Shown here piece after piece: positions 51,672 through 61,959 of a DNA stretch of 64,000 nucleotides. The position numbers and the translations under genes are program-made. This DNA is from Bacteroidales bacterium. GTDB taxonomy: Bacteria > Bacteroidota > Bacteroidia > Bacteroidales > UBA932. Positions within the stretch are counted from its first letter, which is position 1. Each line of letters opens with the position of its first letter. The notes beneath the pieces are model-generated. The model made no database searches, was not told the origin of the DNA, and saw nothing but the letters and a program-made list of their open reading frames with translations. The DNA lies in assembly GCA_017443025.1 (NCBI GenBank), contig JAFSPG010000004.1:1030-65029 (forward strand), written 5' to 3'.

Positions 51672-52303
51672 CGCTGAAGGAAAGATACGCCGGAATAATA
51701 GGCTGGTTTACCGAGAACCGGCCGGTTGCGGAGAGCGAGCTTCACTTCGACTCCCCTTTCCAGCTTCTTATAGCCGTTATCCTTTCGGCCCAGTGCACCG
51801 ACAAGAGAGTGAATCTGGTAACTCCGGCACTGTTCAAGGCCCACCCCACTCCCGAGGCCCTCGCTTCTGCCTCCGCCGAAGATGTTCTGCCCTATGTAAA
51901 AAGCGTGTCATATCCCAACAGCAAGGCCCTCCATCTGGTGGAAATGGCCCGTAAGCTGCTTTCGGATTTCGGGGGAGAAGTCCCTTCGGATATCGACGAG
52001 TTGATGACTCTTCCGGGCGTTGGCCGCAAAACCGCCAACGTTATAGCCTCTATAGTGTACGACAAGCCTGTTATTGCTGTAGACACCCACGTATTCAGGG
52101 TTTCTCACCGTCTAGGCCTGTCGAAGGGCAAGACTCCTGAAGCAGTTGAACGCGACCTTGAAAAACACATTCCCGTGGAGAAACGGGCCATTTCACATCA
52201 CTGGCTCATCCTCCACGGGAGATATGTATGTACCGCGCGCTCACCTAAATGCAGCGAATGCCCATTGAGCGGCTGGTGCGCTTATTTCGAGGCCGGAATC
52301 TGA
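51668..52303 (+). CDS. nth: Endonuclease III
   Basis: [11 protein letters not shown], Hh[17 protein letters not shown]6-C-X2-C-X5-C. Confidence 0.95.
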   Translation: MTLKERYAGIIGWFTENRPVAESELHFDSPFQLLIAVILSAQCTDKRVNLVTPALFKAHPTPEALASASAEDVLPYVKSVSYPNSKALHLVEMARKLLSDFGGEVPSDIDELMTLPGVGRKTANVIASIVYDKPVIAVDTHVFRVSHRLGLSKGKTPEAVERDLEKHIPVEKRAISHHWLILHGRYVCTARSPKCSECPLSGWCAYFEAGI

Positions 52304-53295
52304 CGGTATTTTCCGTTATAATCGACTACGTTCTTGACTCCGGCTTTGTCGGTAACTTCAATCACGAAGAAATCATTTCCTGCAACTGAAATGTCGATAG
52401 AGGCGACCGCCTCTTTCTCAGCATTTGTCAGGCCAAGAGCGCGGACGTCGGCTGTAAAGCCTTCCGTGCGGTCCATCTCGGCATAGAACAGGGCCCACAT
52501 TGTATTCCAGCCTGTCAAATCAGCCTCTCCGAGCTCGACAGACTCATTAGGAGCGGCAAAGTACAGTATGCCCCAGCGCTCCGGCATATGCATGTCGATT
52601 TTGCCGGTAGGACTCCATACCCAGTTCTCCTCCCTGTCGGGCCTCATCCATTCTACCCTTGAGAAATTGATACGCCAGATGCGGGATTCCTCAGGCTTGG
52701 CGAAAGCCATCATCAGACCTTTCCTCGGGATGGCCATCTCAGCATACCAGGCCTTGGAGTCGCGGGAGGTCCTGACCACCAGGCCCGGGCAGTCCCATGG
52801 CATATAAAAATCGCCGCCGTTGCGGTAGGGCTTATTCATCATCAGGTCCATCACCGTGCCTATGGCATTTATCTCTATCTCGAAATACGACTGTCCGTCG
52901 CAGTCGGGGTCGATAAACACCTCGAAATCGTTTTCCTTCCAAATGATGGTGTCGCGCTGCTTGAGGTTGGCCACAATCTTGTCTTCGATGATGGTTGCGC
53001 CGATATAGAGGTTCTCGGCATCCCAGAGCATCTTTACGAAGGTCTGCTTTGCGGGCAGAGTATCTACAGATATGTCGGTGAAATCTTCACTTGCAGGAGC
53101 CGCAAGCCAGTCGGCGTCGCCAAGTTTTCCGTCAACGACAATTCCACCGGTATATGGAGCCATATAATACCTTGGCTCAGTAAGCCTTGCAGCGTATTTG
53201 GAGAGCAGGCCCTCTCCTTCAGAAGCACTGCAGCAGGAAGCCACAATGGCCCCTGATGCAAGCATAATCGGAAGTAATATCCTTCTCATAGTCAA
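52282..53295 (-). CDS. CBM9-like (sugar-binding DOMON) lipoprotein
   Basis: Lipobox VASC; VDGKL.D..W, KMLWD..NLY, ENDFEVFIDP, WRINFSRV, IDMHMPERWG. Confidence 0.75.
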   Translation of the reverse strand: MTMRRILLPIMLASGAIVASCCSASEGEGLLSKYAARLTEPRYYMAPYTGGIVVDGKLGDADWLAAPASEDFTDISVDTLPAKQTFVKMLWDAENLYIGATIIEDKIVANLKQRDTIIWKENDFEVFIDPDCDGQSYFEIEINAIGTVMDLMMNKPYRNGGDFYMPWDCPGLVVRTSRDSKAWYAEMAIPRKGLMMAFAKPEESRIWRINFSRVEWMRPDREENWVWSPTGKIDMHMPERWGILYFAAPNESVELGEADLTGWNTMWALFYAEMDRTEGFTADVRALGLTNAEKEAVASIDISVAGNDFFVIEVTDKAGVKNVVDYNGKYRQIPASK

Positions 53296-54960
53296 TTATT
53301 TGGCGAACTGAGCCTTAAGGTGTTCAATCTTGGCGTCGGCGTTCTCGCCCTTTGCTCCGAAGTAGAACTTGATCTTGGGCTCCGTTCCGGAAGGACGGAC
53401 GGTAACTACGTCGCCGGCCTGGGCGAAGAACTGGAGGACATTGGATTTGGGCAGGCCCGTCTTTTCAGTCTCGAGATAATCGACGACCTTGATAACGGGT
53501 GAGCCATCGAGGTCTTTCGGAGGATTCTGGCGCAGGTCGGCCATAATCTTCTGGATTTCCTCGGCTCCGCTCTTGCCCTTGCGGACTACGGAGACAAGGC
53601 CTTCCTTGCGATATCCGTAATCCTTGTAAATCTTCTGGAGAAGCTGATACAGGGTGAGGCCCTGATCTGCAGCCCAGGCAGCGCACTCAGCCACGAAGCA
53701 GCAGGAGATGGGTGCATCCTTGTCCCTTACATACTCGCCTACGTTGAAGCCGTAGCTTTCCTCGCCGCCGCAGATGAACTGGGCCTTGCCTTCGTTCTGC
53801 TTGACGACTGCAGCGATGAATTTGAAGCCTGTGAGCACATCATAGCACTTGATGCCGAAACTGGCAGCAATCTCGGCGATAAGAGGAGTGGTAACGATAG
53901 TCTTTACTACATATTGCTCACCTTTGAGCTTACCCTCTTCATTCATACGGTTAAGTATGTACCAGGTGAGGATGGAGCCTGTCTGGTTGCCGTTCAGAAG
54001 AACCATCTTACCTTCGTTGTCACGAACGGCGATGCCGATACGGTCGGCGTCGGGGTCGGTGGCCATGACGAGGTCTGCTCCCTCTGCATCGGCCTTCTCG
54101 ATGGCCATCTTGAGAGCGGAGGCCTCCTCGGGGTTAGGCGACATTACGGTAGGGAAATTTCCGTCGCTGATGTCCTGTTCGGGGATATGGATGATATTCT
54201 TGAATCCAAGCCTGGCGAGGCCCTCGGGAACGATTCTGACGCCGCTGCCGTGGATTGGAGTATATACGATCTTGATGTCGGAGTGACGCTTCACTGACTC
54301 GGGGCTGAGCATCTGCGAAAGGACGTCGTTGAAGTATTTGTCGTCCATCTCCTTGCCCATGATATCGATGGGAGCGGCATCGGGGCCGGGAACGAACTTC
54401 ACCATCGAAGGGTCGGTAATCTTCAGAACCTCGGCCACAATCTCCTTGTCGACGGGAGATGTAACCTGGGCGCCGTCGCTCCAGAATACCTTGTAACCGT
54501 TGTACTCCTTGGGATTGTGGGATGCGGTAATCATGACGCCGGCGTTGGCCTGCTTGCTGCGCACGGAATAGCTCAGCAGCGGAATCGGGCGGATATTGTC
54601 CCAGAGATAGACGTGGATGCCGTTGGCAGAGAGGACATCGGCCGTAATACGGGCGAAGACCTTGCTGTTGTTGCGGCTGTCGTAGGAAATGCATACGCTG
54701 AGCTGCCCTTTGATGCGGCTCTTCATATAGTTGGCAAGACCCTGGGTAGCCATTCCCACGGTGTACTTGTTCATTCTGTTCGTACCGACGCCCATAACGC
54801 CTCGTAGGCCGCCTGTACCGAACTCGAGATTACGGTAGAAGGCATCTTCGAGAGCTGCGGGGTCCTCCTTCTGGAGACGAAGGATTTCATTTTTGGTTTC
54901 AGGGTCGAAATCGCCGCAAAGCCACTGATTTACAACATCCAGGTAATTCTTTTCTGCCAT
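53296..54960 (-). CDS. pgm: Phosphoglucomutase / phosphomannomutase
   Basis: FGTGGLRG, TASHNP, DPDADR, GEES, RPSGTEPKIK. Confidence 0.92.
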   Translation of the reverse strand: MAEKNYLDVVNQWLCGDFDPETKNEILRLQKEDPAALEDAFYRNLEFGTGGLRGVMGVGTNRMNKYTVGMATQGLANYMKSRIKGQLSVCISYDSRNNSKVFARITADVLSANGIHVYLWDNIRPIPLLSYSVRSKQANAGVMITASHNPKEYNGYKVFWSDGAQVTSPVDKEIVAEVLKITDPSMVKFVPGPDAAPIDIMGKEMDDKYFNDVLSQMLSPESVKRHSDIKIVYTPIHGSGVRIVPEGLARLGFKNIIHIPEQDISDGNFPTVMSPNPEEASALKMAIEKADAEGADLVMATDPDADRIGIAVRDNEGKMVLLNGNQTGSILTWYILNRMNEEGKLKGEQYVVKTIVTTPLIAEIAASFGIKCYDVLTGFKFIAAVVKQNEGKAQFICGGEESYGFNVGEYVRDKDAPISCCFVAECAAWAADQGLTLYQLLQKIYKDYGYRKEGLVSVVRKGKSGAEEIQKIMADLRQNPPKDLDGSPVIKVVDYLETEKTGLPKSNVLQFFAQAGDVVTVRPSGTEPKIKFYFGAKGENADAKIEHLKAQFAK

Positions 54961-55082
54961 AGTTATATAGTTATTAATTAGTCTGATAAGCGTATCGGAA
55001 GCCGTATCCGGTACATCCTCACAAACTTACGCAAAAATTTTAATTTTTGCAATGAAAACAGATTGTTATCTTTGCATATTGT

Positions 55083-56321
55083 ATGAAAGCTGATTTCAGC
55101 ATATTGTGCGACTTTGTCGCCGCCCACGGAAATGAGTCCCCGGACGCCCTGCTTCTGGGCCGAAGCAAGTGGCCGGATATCGACATCGACGCAGCTGTCA
55201 ATACTCTCCGGGGCCGCGAAAGGCTTCACAGGAAGGTACCCGACTGGGCCGGCAATCAGAGCCTTGTCTTCCCCACCGACCTTTGCACCCAGCAGTGCAG
55301 CAGCGCCGAAACTGCCGGATTCAAAGTTGCCTTGGCAAAGAGTATCCTGAAAGGTAAATCGGCCGGCGAAGCCCGTCTCGCCGACCTTACCGGAGGCCTT
55401 GGAGTAGATGCATTCGCCTTTGCATCCAACTTTGGGAAAGTACTCTATAACGAGGCAGACGAGCGCCTTGCAGCTGCTGCGCAGTGGAATTTCTCCCATC
55501 TTGGAGCCGGAAATATAACAATATCCAACAGATTTGTCGAAAGCGGAAACCTGCAGGAAATCTTAGGCGGCTTCAAACCGGATATATTATTCCTCGACCC
55601 GGCCCGCAGGGCCGTGGACGGGAGGAAGGTCTTTATGCTTGAAGACTGCAGCCCTGACATTCTCAGTATTAAAGACGAACTGCTCTCTCTCAGCCAGGCC
55701 GTTATGGTAAAGCTCTCCCCCATGGCCGACATATCCAGAGTTGTCGGGCAGCTCGGAGACTGCGTATCACTGGTCTGCACGGTTGCCTGTGGTGGAGAGT
55801 GCAAGGAACTCCTGCTCGTCCTCGAAGCCGGGCACAGCGGCCCTGCCTCACTTTGCATTTACGAAGACGGAACTGTAATTCGCCGCCCTTCCTGTAAAGA
55901 CGGCGGAGATATAAAGCTATTCAGCACCCCGGCAGAATTCGAGAGCAGCTGCGGAGCCCTAATTTTCGAGCCGGGCAAAGCCCTGTTGAAATCCGGACTG
56001 TTCAATGCTCCCTGCAGTGAAGGATATGTCAAGCTTGCCGGAAGTACCCATCTTTATATATGCCGGGGCAGCAGTGGCCTTCCCGGCAAGTATTTCAGAA
56101 TCAAGGAGATTCGACCCATGTCAAGCAAGGGGCTGAAGGCCATTTCCAAGACCGGAATAAGCGCAGAAGTGTCTACACACAATCTTCCTATAAAAGCCGA
56201 GGACCTGAAAAAGCGTCTTCGCGCCTCTTCAAGTCCTTCGGAGCATATCTTCGCCTGCAAGGTGGAATTCGTCTCGGCCCCCTCCGGCAATTATCTCATT
56301 TTCGCCAGCCGCGAAGCTTAG
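55083..56321 (+). CDS. Class I SAM-dependent methyltransferase with C-terminal THUMP-like domain
   Basis: QQCSS, DLTGGLGVD, FLDPARR, KLSPMADI. Confidence 0.78.
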   Translation: MKADFSILCDFVAAHGNESPDALLLGRSKWPDIDIDAAVNTLRGRERLHRKVPDWAGNQSLVFPTDLCTQQCSSAETAGFKVALAKSILKGKSAGEARLADLTGGLGVDAFAFASNFGKVLYNEADERLAAAAQWNFSHLGAGNITISNRFVESGNLQEILGGFKPDILFLDPARRAVDGRKVFMLEDCSPDILSIKDELLSLSQAVMVKLSPMADISRVVGQLGDCVSLVCTVACGGECKELLLVLEAGHSGPASLCIYEDGTVIRRPSCKDGGDIKLFSTPAEFESSCGALIFEPGKALLKSGLFNAPCSEGYVKLAGSTHLYICRGSSGLPGKYFRIKEIRPMSSKGLKAISKTGISAEVSTHNLPIKAEDLKKRLRASSSPSEHIFACKVEFVSAPSGNYLIFASREA

Positions 56322-58213
56322 CGCTTCAGATATTTGAGCCAGAAGGCGTGGTGGGCCGAGCGGTCGTGGCGGCCCTGAGTCCCGCGGTAGCCATGCATGC
56401 CATCAGGGTAAATCATCAGTTCGAAATGCTTACAGGTACTCTGGAGGGCGTCAATCAGCTGAAGAGAGCCCTGGAAATGAACGTTATCGTCGCCTGTGCC
56501 GTGAGTAAGCATAAGCATTACCGGAGCCACTGCCTTTGCATCCTCTTTCGTAGTAGGATACTCGACGGGATAATTCCCTACCTGCGAAATCACCCTCGTC
56601 CGGGCGAAGCCGTCGGGATTGGTAGAAGGCGTTTCCATGAATCTTTCGGTATAATGGGTATCGTAAAGCGTCCAGTCATAGACTCCGCCGCCGGCAATTC
56701 CGTAATGGAACACGTCCGAATGATTCATCACCAGAAGAGCAGTCATCGTCCCTCCGAATGAAAATCCCTCTACGCCAATCTTGTCTGCATCCACGTATGG
56801 AAGAGACTGCAGATACCTTCCCCATTCCACGAAGTCGCGGGTTTCGAGGACACTCAGCTGTCTGTAAATGGCATCCAGGCCTTTACGGCCGTTATGCCCG
56901 GCGGCGCGGCAATCGACGGTCACCTCGATTATGCCGTTCTCGGCCCACCACTGGTCACGTATCCTCCAGGAGTCCTGTACCATAGGGATATCGGGGCCAC
57001 CGTAGATATCAACGTGAACAGGATATTTCTTCGAGATATTGAAATCCTTGGGATACATAATCCACCCGGGAAGGACAAGGCCGTCGGAGGTAGTAATGGA
57101 AATATTCTCCGGCAGAGCAAAGTTGCTGATATCCACATCTTTGTCTACAGCCAGATCGGATATCTTGCGGGCTGCTTTCGCCGGAAGATTCTTCCCTTTG
57201 CATTTTGCCGCGGCGGCAGTTTTGAATTCCCATACCTGCGTAGGCGTAGTAAAGTTGCTGAGGGCGCATTCGAAGGTCTTTCCGTCGGGCGACATCTTTA
57301 CGCCATCGGCATTGTAAGCTGTGTCGGTAAGAGGGGTAATCCTTCCCTTCCTGTCGACTTTATAGAAGCCTGTCCTGACCGTAGATTCCCTTCTGGCGGT
57401 AAAGTAAACATCACCCTTTTTCTCATCCACCCTCACGATGGAAACCCTCCACAGAGAGTCGTCGGTAAGGCGTTTCAAGGTTTTGCCATCGTATGACAGG
57501 AAATAAATCTGCTGCCAGGAAGTCTCGAATGAGCGCACCATATAAAGGCCCTCGGAGGTGAAGACCATATTGTCTATCCAATCGAGCCAGGTCTTGTAAG
57601 ACTCGTGATAGATAAGACTCTTGGAGCCGTCGGACGCCGACACCTTGTACAAGTCAAGTGTATTCTGGATGCGAGGCTCGCGCTGCACATAAAAACCCTT
57701 CGAATCAGGCCCCCAGAAGGGAGTGCCGAAGTATTGGTCGTCGTTCTCGTCGAAATCCGCCCACACAGGCCCGGTGCCGGCTTTCAAATCGATAATTCCT
57801 ATGCGAACCTTGGGATTGTTCTCCCCCACCTTTGGATAGCGAGTGCGGGAGAGAGAGCCGTCCTGCCCTTTCGGAGAATAGATGGGGAACATCGGCACTT
57901 CCGAATTATCGAAGCGGTAGAAGGCGAGCTTGCGGCTGTCGGGGCTCCACCAGAAAGCCTTGAACTTTGAAGGCCTGCCGAAAATCTCCTCGTAGTAAAC
58001 CCACGAAGCGTAACCGCTATGAATCAGTTCGCTGCCATCGAAGGTCAGCTGACTGACAGACTTTGAGGCAAGGTCTTCTACAAATAGGTTGCCGCCGCAG
58101 GTAAAGGCAAGCAGCGAGGAGTCCGGAGATGGAGTGGGGTTCTCCCTGTCCTGGGCCTTTGCAATTACTCCAAGAACCGCAACGGCGGCTGCAATAAGCG
58201 CGAATCTTCTCAT
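56318..58213 (-). CDS. S9 family dipeptidyl peptidase IV-like protein
   Basis: Signal peptide (start ATG 58213 or 58225); WVYYEEIF, GFSFGG, HGTGDDNVH, GMH catalytic triad. Confidence 0.88.
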   Translation of the reverse strand: MRRFALIAAAVAVLGVIAKAQDRENPTPSPDSSLLAFTCGGNLFVEDLASKSVSQLTFDGSELIHSGYASWVYYEEIFGRPSKFKAFWWSPDSRKLAFYRFDNSEVPMFPIYSPKGQDGSLSRTRYPKVGENNPKVRIGIIDLKAGTGPVWADFDENDDQYFGTPFWGPDSKGFYVQREPRIQNTLDLYKVSASDGSKSLIYHESYKTWLDWIDNMVFTSEGLYMVRSFETSWQQIYFLSYDGKTLKRLTDDSLWRVSIVRVDEKKGDVYFTARRESTVRTGFYKVDRKGRITPLTDTAYNADGVKMSPDGKTFECALSNFTTPTQVWEFKTAAAAKCKGKNLPAKAARKISDLAVDKDVDISNFALPENISITTSDGLVLPGWIMYPKDFNISKKYPVHVDIYGGPDIPMVQDSWRIRDQWWAENGIIEVTVDCRAAGHNGRKGLDAIYRQLSVLETRDFVEWGRYLQSLPYVDADKIGVEGFSFGGTMTALLVMNHSDVFHYGIAGGGVYDWTLYDTHYTERFMETPSTNPDGFARTRVISQVGNYPVEYPTTKEDAKAVAPVMLMLTHGTGDDNVHFQGSLQLIDALQSTCKHFELMIYPDGMHGYRGTQGRHDRSAHHAFWLKYLKR

Positions 58214-59637
58214 TTTATAAAACAATCTTCGTTGAAATTCACAAGATAAACCTTTTCAGTGGCCCTGGTGATAGCCGTGTACAGCCAGCGCAGCATATCT
58301 CTGTCAAGTTCTTCCTGCCAGATAGGATTATCGATGAATACGCATTTCCACTGGCCGCCCTGCGCCTTGTGGCAGGTAGCGGCATAGCCGTATTTTATCT
58401 GCAGTGCGCTATAATACGGGTCCATCTTCACCGCATCGTAGCGCTTGCGCTTCGACTTGATATGTGCATAATCCTCCGAGACGCCCTGATACAGGTTATT
58501 CTGCTTTTCATAGCTCAGCGAAGGGGAATCAGAAGTCAGGGTATCAAGGCATATCTTGGCTTCCAGGACATTATCATTGTAATCCGGGAACGACAGCCTT
58601 GCAGTTGCGAACTCCAAGCCATATCTCTCCTCGTATGAAGATATTTTCTGAAGTTCGGCCACGTCCCCGTTGGCGATATAATCGGTCTCCTCCCACTTCC
58701 CCTCCACAAGATAGCTGTTCTTCACTATCATCAGTCGGTCGCCGCGCACCAGCCTGTCCTCCTTGTACTGAATCATCGAACGTATGCCCTGATTGTAACG
58801 GTTCGACATTTTGTTGGAACGGCAGACAATCATCGTTTCGTCCTCGCCGTAGTGGGAATATGCATCGGTAAGGGCCTCCAGAACCTCTCCTCCCCCGATT
58901 CTGACCACATCGTCGAAGCCCCGGGTATCAAAACGGAGGTCGCTCCTTGACATCATCGATACTCCGTCTTCGAACAGGAGCTTCCGGAGCCTCGTGGCAT
59001 TGAGCAGAATTCCGGATTCGGCCTTCTGGCGGACGATAGTCTTCATCTCTGCGCGGACTATTCCGCCATAGCCTTCTATGGTAGCGTCCAGGGCCGGGCT
59101 TTCGTCAAGCCCCACCGGCGGCAGCTGCGCCTTGTCACCCACCAGCAGGAGCTTGCACTCCGCCCCGGCGCGGACGAACTGAATCAAATCGTCCAGAAGG
59201 TTTCCGGAGCCAAATGGAGAGCCCCCCTCCTGCGAAGTTCCTATAAGCGAGGCTTCGTCCACCACGAACAGAGTCCGGGCAGACTTGTTATGGGAGAGAG
59301 AAAACAGGCCCATTCCGTCGTCGCTGAAGGATTTCTGACGGTAAATATGCTTGTGAATCGTATAGGCCTGTCGCCCTGCAAAGCCGCTGAGCACCTTTGC
59401 GGCGCGGCCGGTCGGGGCCAGGAGCGTGCAAGGTGTTCCGAACTGGGTAAGAGTATTGACTACGGCGGCGAGCAAGGTGGTTTTTCCGGTACCTGCGAAG
59501 CCGCTAAGCACCATTATATCCGAATCGGAAGAAGTGACGAAGCCTGCGATTTTGCGGAAAGCAGCATCTTGACAGGCAGTAGGGTCAATTCCGAGATTCT
59601 TCAGAAAACCATTGTAGAGAATATCCTCCCGGCCCAT
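58210..59637 (-). CDS. RecD-like SF1 helicase / AAA ATPase
   Basis: GFAGTGKTT, APTGRAAK, VDEAS, VGDKAQLPPV, VRQ, HKAQG, YTAITRA. Confidence 0.85.
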   Translation of the reverse strand: MGREDILYNGFLKNLGIDPTACQDAAFRKIAGFVTSSDSDIMVLSGFAGTGKTTLLAAVVNTLTQFGTPCTLLAPTGRAAKVLSGFAGRQAYTIHKHIYRQKSFSDDGMGLFSLSHNKSARTLFVVDEASLIGTSQEGGSPFGSGNLLDDLIQFVRAGAECKLLLVGDKAQLPPVGLDESPALDATIEGYGGIVRAEMKTIVRQKAESGILLNATRLRKLLFEDGVSMMSRSDLRFDTRGFDDVVRIGGGEVLEALTDAYSHYGEDETMIVCRSNKMSNRYNQGIRSMIQYKEDRLVRGDRLMIVKNSYLVEGKWEETDYIANGDVAELQKISSYEERYGLEFATARLSFPDYNDNVLEAKICLDTLTSDSPSLSYEKQNNLYQGVSEDYAHIKSKRKRYDAVKMDPYYSALQIKYGYAATCHKAQGGQWKCVFIDNPIWQEELDRDMLRWLYTAITRATEKVYLVNFNEDCFIK

Positions 59638-61092
59638 TTACTTCCTGTTTTTTCTGAGAATCATTATGAAAACCGCCAGCACAGGATATATTTCCAGGCG
59701 GCCAAGAAGCATGTCGATAGAGAAGAGGAATTTTGCCATTGAAGGCTCGGCGCCGAAGTTACCGGCCGAGCCAATCTCACCGAGAGCAGGACCTACGTTC
59801 GAAAGTGAGGTAATGGTTCCGGTAAGGGCGTTTTCTCCGGAGGAGCCTACCATCAGGCACAGCACCGTAGATATGAGGATAAAAGCCAGGAAAACGGCGA
59901 TATACACTATATGGGGGAATATTTCCTCGTCAGACAGATAACGGTTGCCGACCTTGATATTGAGTACCGAAGAAGGGTTGATGCTGCGGTGAATCTGACG
60001 CCCCACCGACTTGAACAGGTAAATTATCCTGTCGCACTTGATTCCACCCGTGGTAGAACCGGCCATACCGCACTGCATACCCACGAACATGAGAAGCACA
60101 CAGGGAAGCATCGGCCATACGCTGTTGTCGGCAATGGCAAAGCCTGTTGTCGACGAGTATGCACATACCTGGAAGAATCCATCCATGAAAGCCTTGCCCC
60201 AGGAAGCTTCGGTGCCGCTCAGTTTCAGGGAGAAAGAAACAATCAGCGAGACTACTACAAGCACCGAAATATAATATCTCAGCACATTGTTTTTCAGCGG
60301 CTTAAGCGACCTCGTAGCAAAGACCATGAAAATGAGGCCGAAATGCACCGAGCCAAGCACCATGAACACCATGGTGATGATATTGATTACCGGACTGCCG
60401 AAAGCACCTATTGAAAGATTCTTCGTGCTGAATCCTCCGGTTGCGCATACGCTGAAGGCGTGGTTGATGGCATCGAAGAACGACATTCCGGCCAGCATAT
60501 ACGACACAGTTGCAGCAACTGCAAGGCCTACATATACATAGGTAAAGATGGAGACGGTTTTATTCGCCCTTACCCTGTAGCCCTCCTTAGAGAGGGATGA
60601 CAGTTCCATATTCGTAAGCCTCAGTTTGACAGGGCTCGACGAAGGAATGATAAGGAGGAGGAATACTACGACTCCCAAACCTCCGATAAAGTGGGTTGAA
60701 GACCTCCAGAACAACAGACTGTTTGGGAGGGCCTCTACATTGTCGAGGATTGAAGAGCCAGTAGTGGTAAAGCCCGAAACGCTTTCAAACCAGGCATTTA
60801 TAACCGTGAACGGCCCTCCCCACAGCACATATGGCAGCATTCCGAATATGAACGACAGCACCCACGAAAGGATGATGATCATATATCCGTCCTTGAGCGA
60901 TATTGCTGAAGTCTTGCGTACGAAGATGAAGGGGAAAATACCGGCCGTGAAGGTAATCACAAAGCTGATTGACAGGGCTGCCAGAGCACTGTCGTGGCCA
61001 CCTATAAGAGAGATGAGCATAGACAAAAACATAAACAATGCACTCACGAGAAGTGCATAGCCTACGTTTCTGGATATGACTTTAAGGTTCAT
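59638..61092 (-). CDS. trkH: Trk system potassium uptake protein TrkH
   Basis: FESVSGFTTTG, ATGGFS, SSTTGF, GSTTGGIK, NVGP, LGRLEI. Confidence 0.92.
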   Translation of the reverse strand: MNLKVISRNVGYALLVSALFMFLSMLISLIGGHDSALAALSISFVITFTAGIFPFIFVRKTSAISLKDGYMIIILSWVLSFIFGMLPYVLWGGPFTVINAWFESVSGFTTTGSSILDNVEALPNSLLFWRSSTHFIGGLGVVVFLLLIIPSSSPVKLRLTNMELSSLSKEGYRVRANKTVSIFTYVYVGLAVAATVSYMLAGMSFFDAINHAFSVCATGGFSTKNLSIGAFGSPVINIITMVFMVLGSVHFGLIFMVFATRSLKPLKNNVLRYYISVLVVVSLIVSFSLKLSGTEASWGKAFMDGFFQVCAYSSTTGFAIADNSVWPMLPCVLLMFVGMQCGMAGSTTGGIKCDRIIYLFKSVGRQIHRSINPSSVLNIKVGNRYLSDEEIFPHIVYIAVFLAFILISTVLCLMVGSSGENALTGTITSLSNVGPALGEIGSAGNFGAEPSMAKFLFSIDMLLGRLEIYPVLAVFIMILRKNRK

Positions 61093-61895
61093 TTCTCCGA
61101 GTTTTCCTCAGCTTCGGCGTTACGGTGGCGAATGGCTCTGATACGCCTGCGGAGCTGCATGTTCTCGTCGGTCACCTCAGTAATGGAGTCGTTCAGAGAA
61201 CGCAGCTGGTCGTCGCCTTCAAAGGAATAGTTGTACGACCTTCCGAAATCGCGGTAGTTGCGAAGAGCCGCAAGCATCTTGTAAATCGGGGTAACATAGT
61301 ATACCGATATGAAGAAGAGCAGCATCAGCACCAGTACAAGACCTACGGCCACTGCAACGGCACCCGGAATGATACTCCGGTAAAAGCCTCTCTCGAAGGT
61401 TGCGGAATTGCGCTGCAGCTCATTGTAAATCGCAGTGCTCAGAGCGTCGATATCGTCGCGGAGGCGGTTATAGACAGGCTGCAGCCTCTCGAAGTACCAG
61501 GCTCTGGTATCGATGAAATCCGACAGGATAACGGCGGGGAGCTCCAGCGAAGTAAGCATATAAGCGCTCCAGGCATATTCCACAGAGTCGGCCAGATGCT
61601 GCATGTTGATGGAACTCAGCGAGGTACGCAGGCTGTCGCAGTGATTGAGGAATTCCTCTTTGTTGAAGTCAGGAAGATCTTTCTCGTTTTCGTCGCCGAT
61701 AACCGTAAGAACCTTGAGGTTATAGGCGTCAGTTGCGCCCGAGAGCCGCTGAGCGGCGTTGATGCTTTCAATGTTGTCGGCGATAAGGTCGGAGACATAA
61801 TTGCTCATGCTCCGGTACTCGAGCACCGAGATCATGGTGGATACAAGAAGAATGACCGCTATAGCCGTAAGGCTGAGCGATATCTTCCCTCTCAT
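61089..61895 (-). CDS. Membrane protein with a four-helix-bundle sensor-like domain and HAMP-like tail
   Basis: TM - ~170-aa helical region - TM - GDDQL..L linker; start ATG 61895 or 61937. Confidence 0.65.
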   Translation of the reverse strand: MRGKISLSLTAIAVILLVSTMISVLEYRSMSNYVSDLIADNIESINAAQRLSGATDAYNLKVLTVIGDENEKDLPDFNKEEFLNHCDSLRTSLSSINMQHLADSVEYAWSAYMLTSLELPAVILSDFIDTRAWYFERLQPVYNRLRDDIDALSTAIYNELQRNSATFERGFYRSIIPGAVAVAVGLVLVLMLLFFISVYYVTPIYKMLAALRNYRDFGRSYNYSFEGDDQLRSLNDSITEVTDENMQLRRRIRAIRHRNAEAEENSEK

Positions 61896-61959
61896 TGAAA
61901 TGTGGAAGTTCTTCCAGAATTTTACAAATCCGTGCATATCAATGCAAAGATATACAAAA

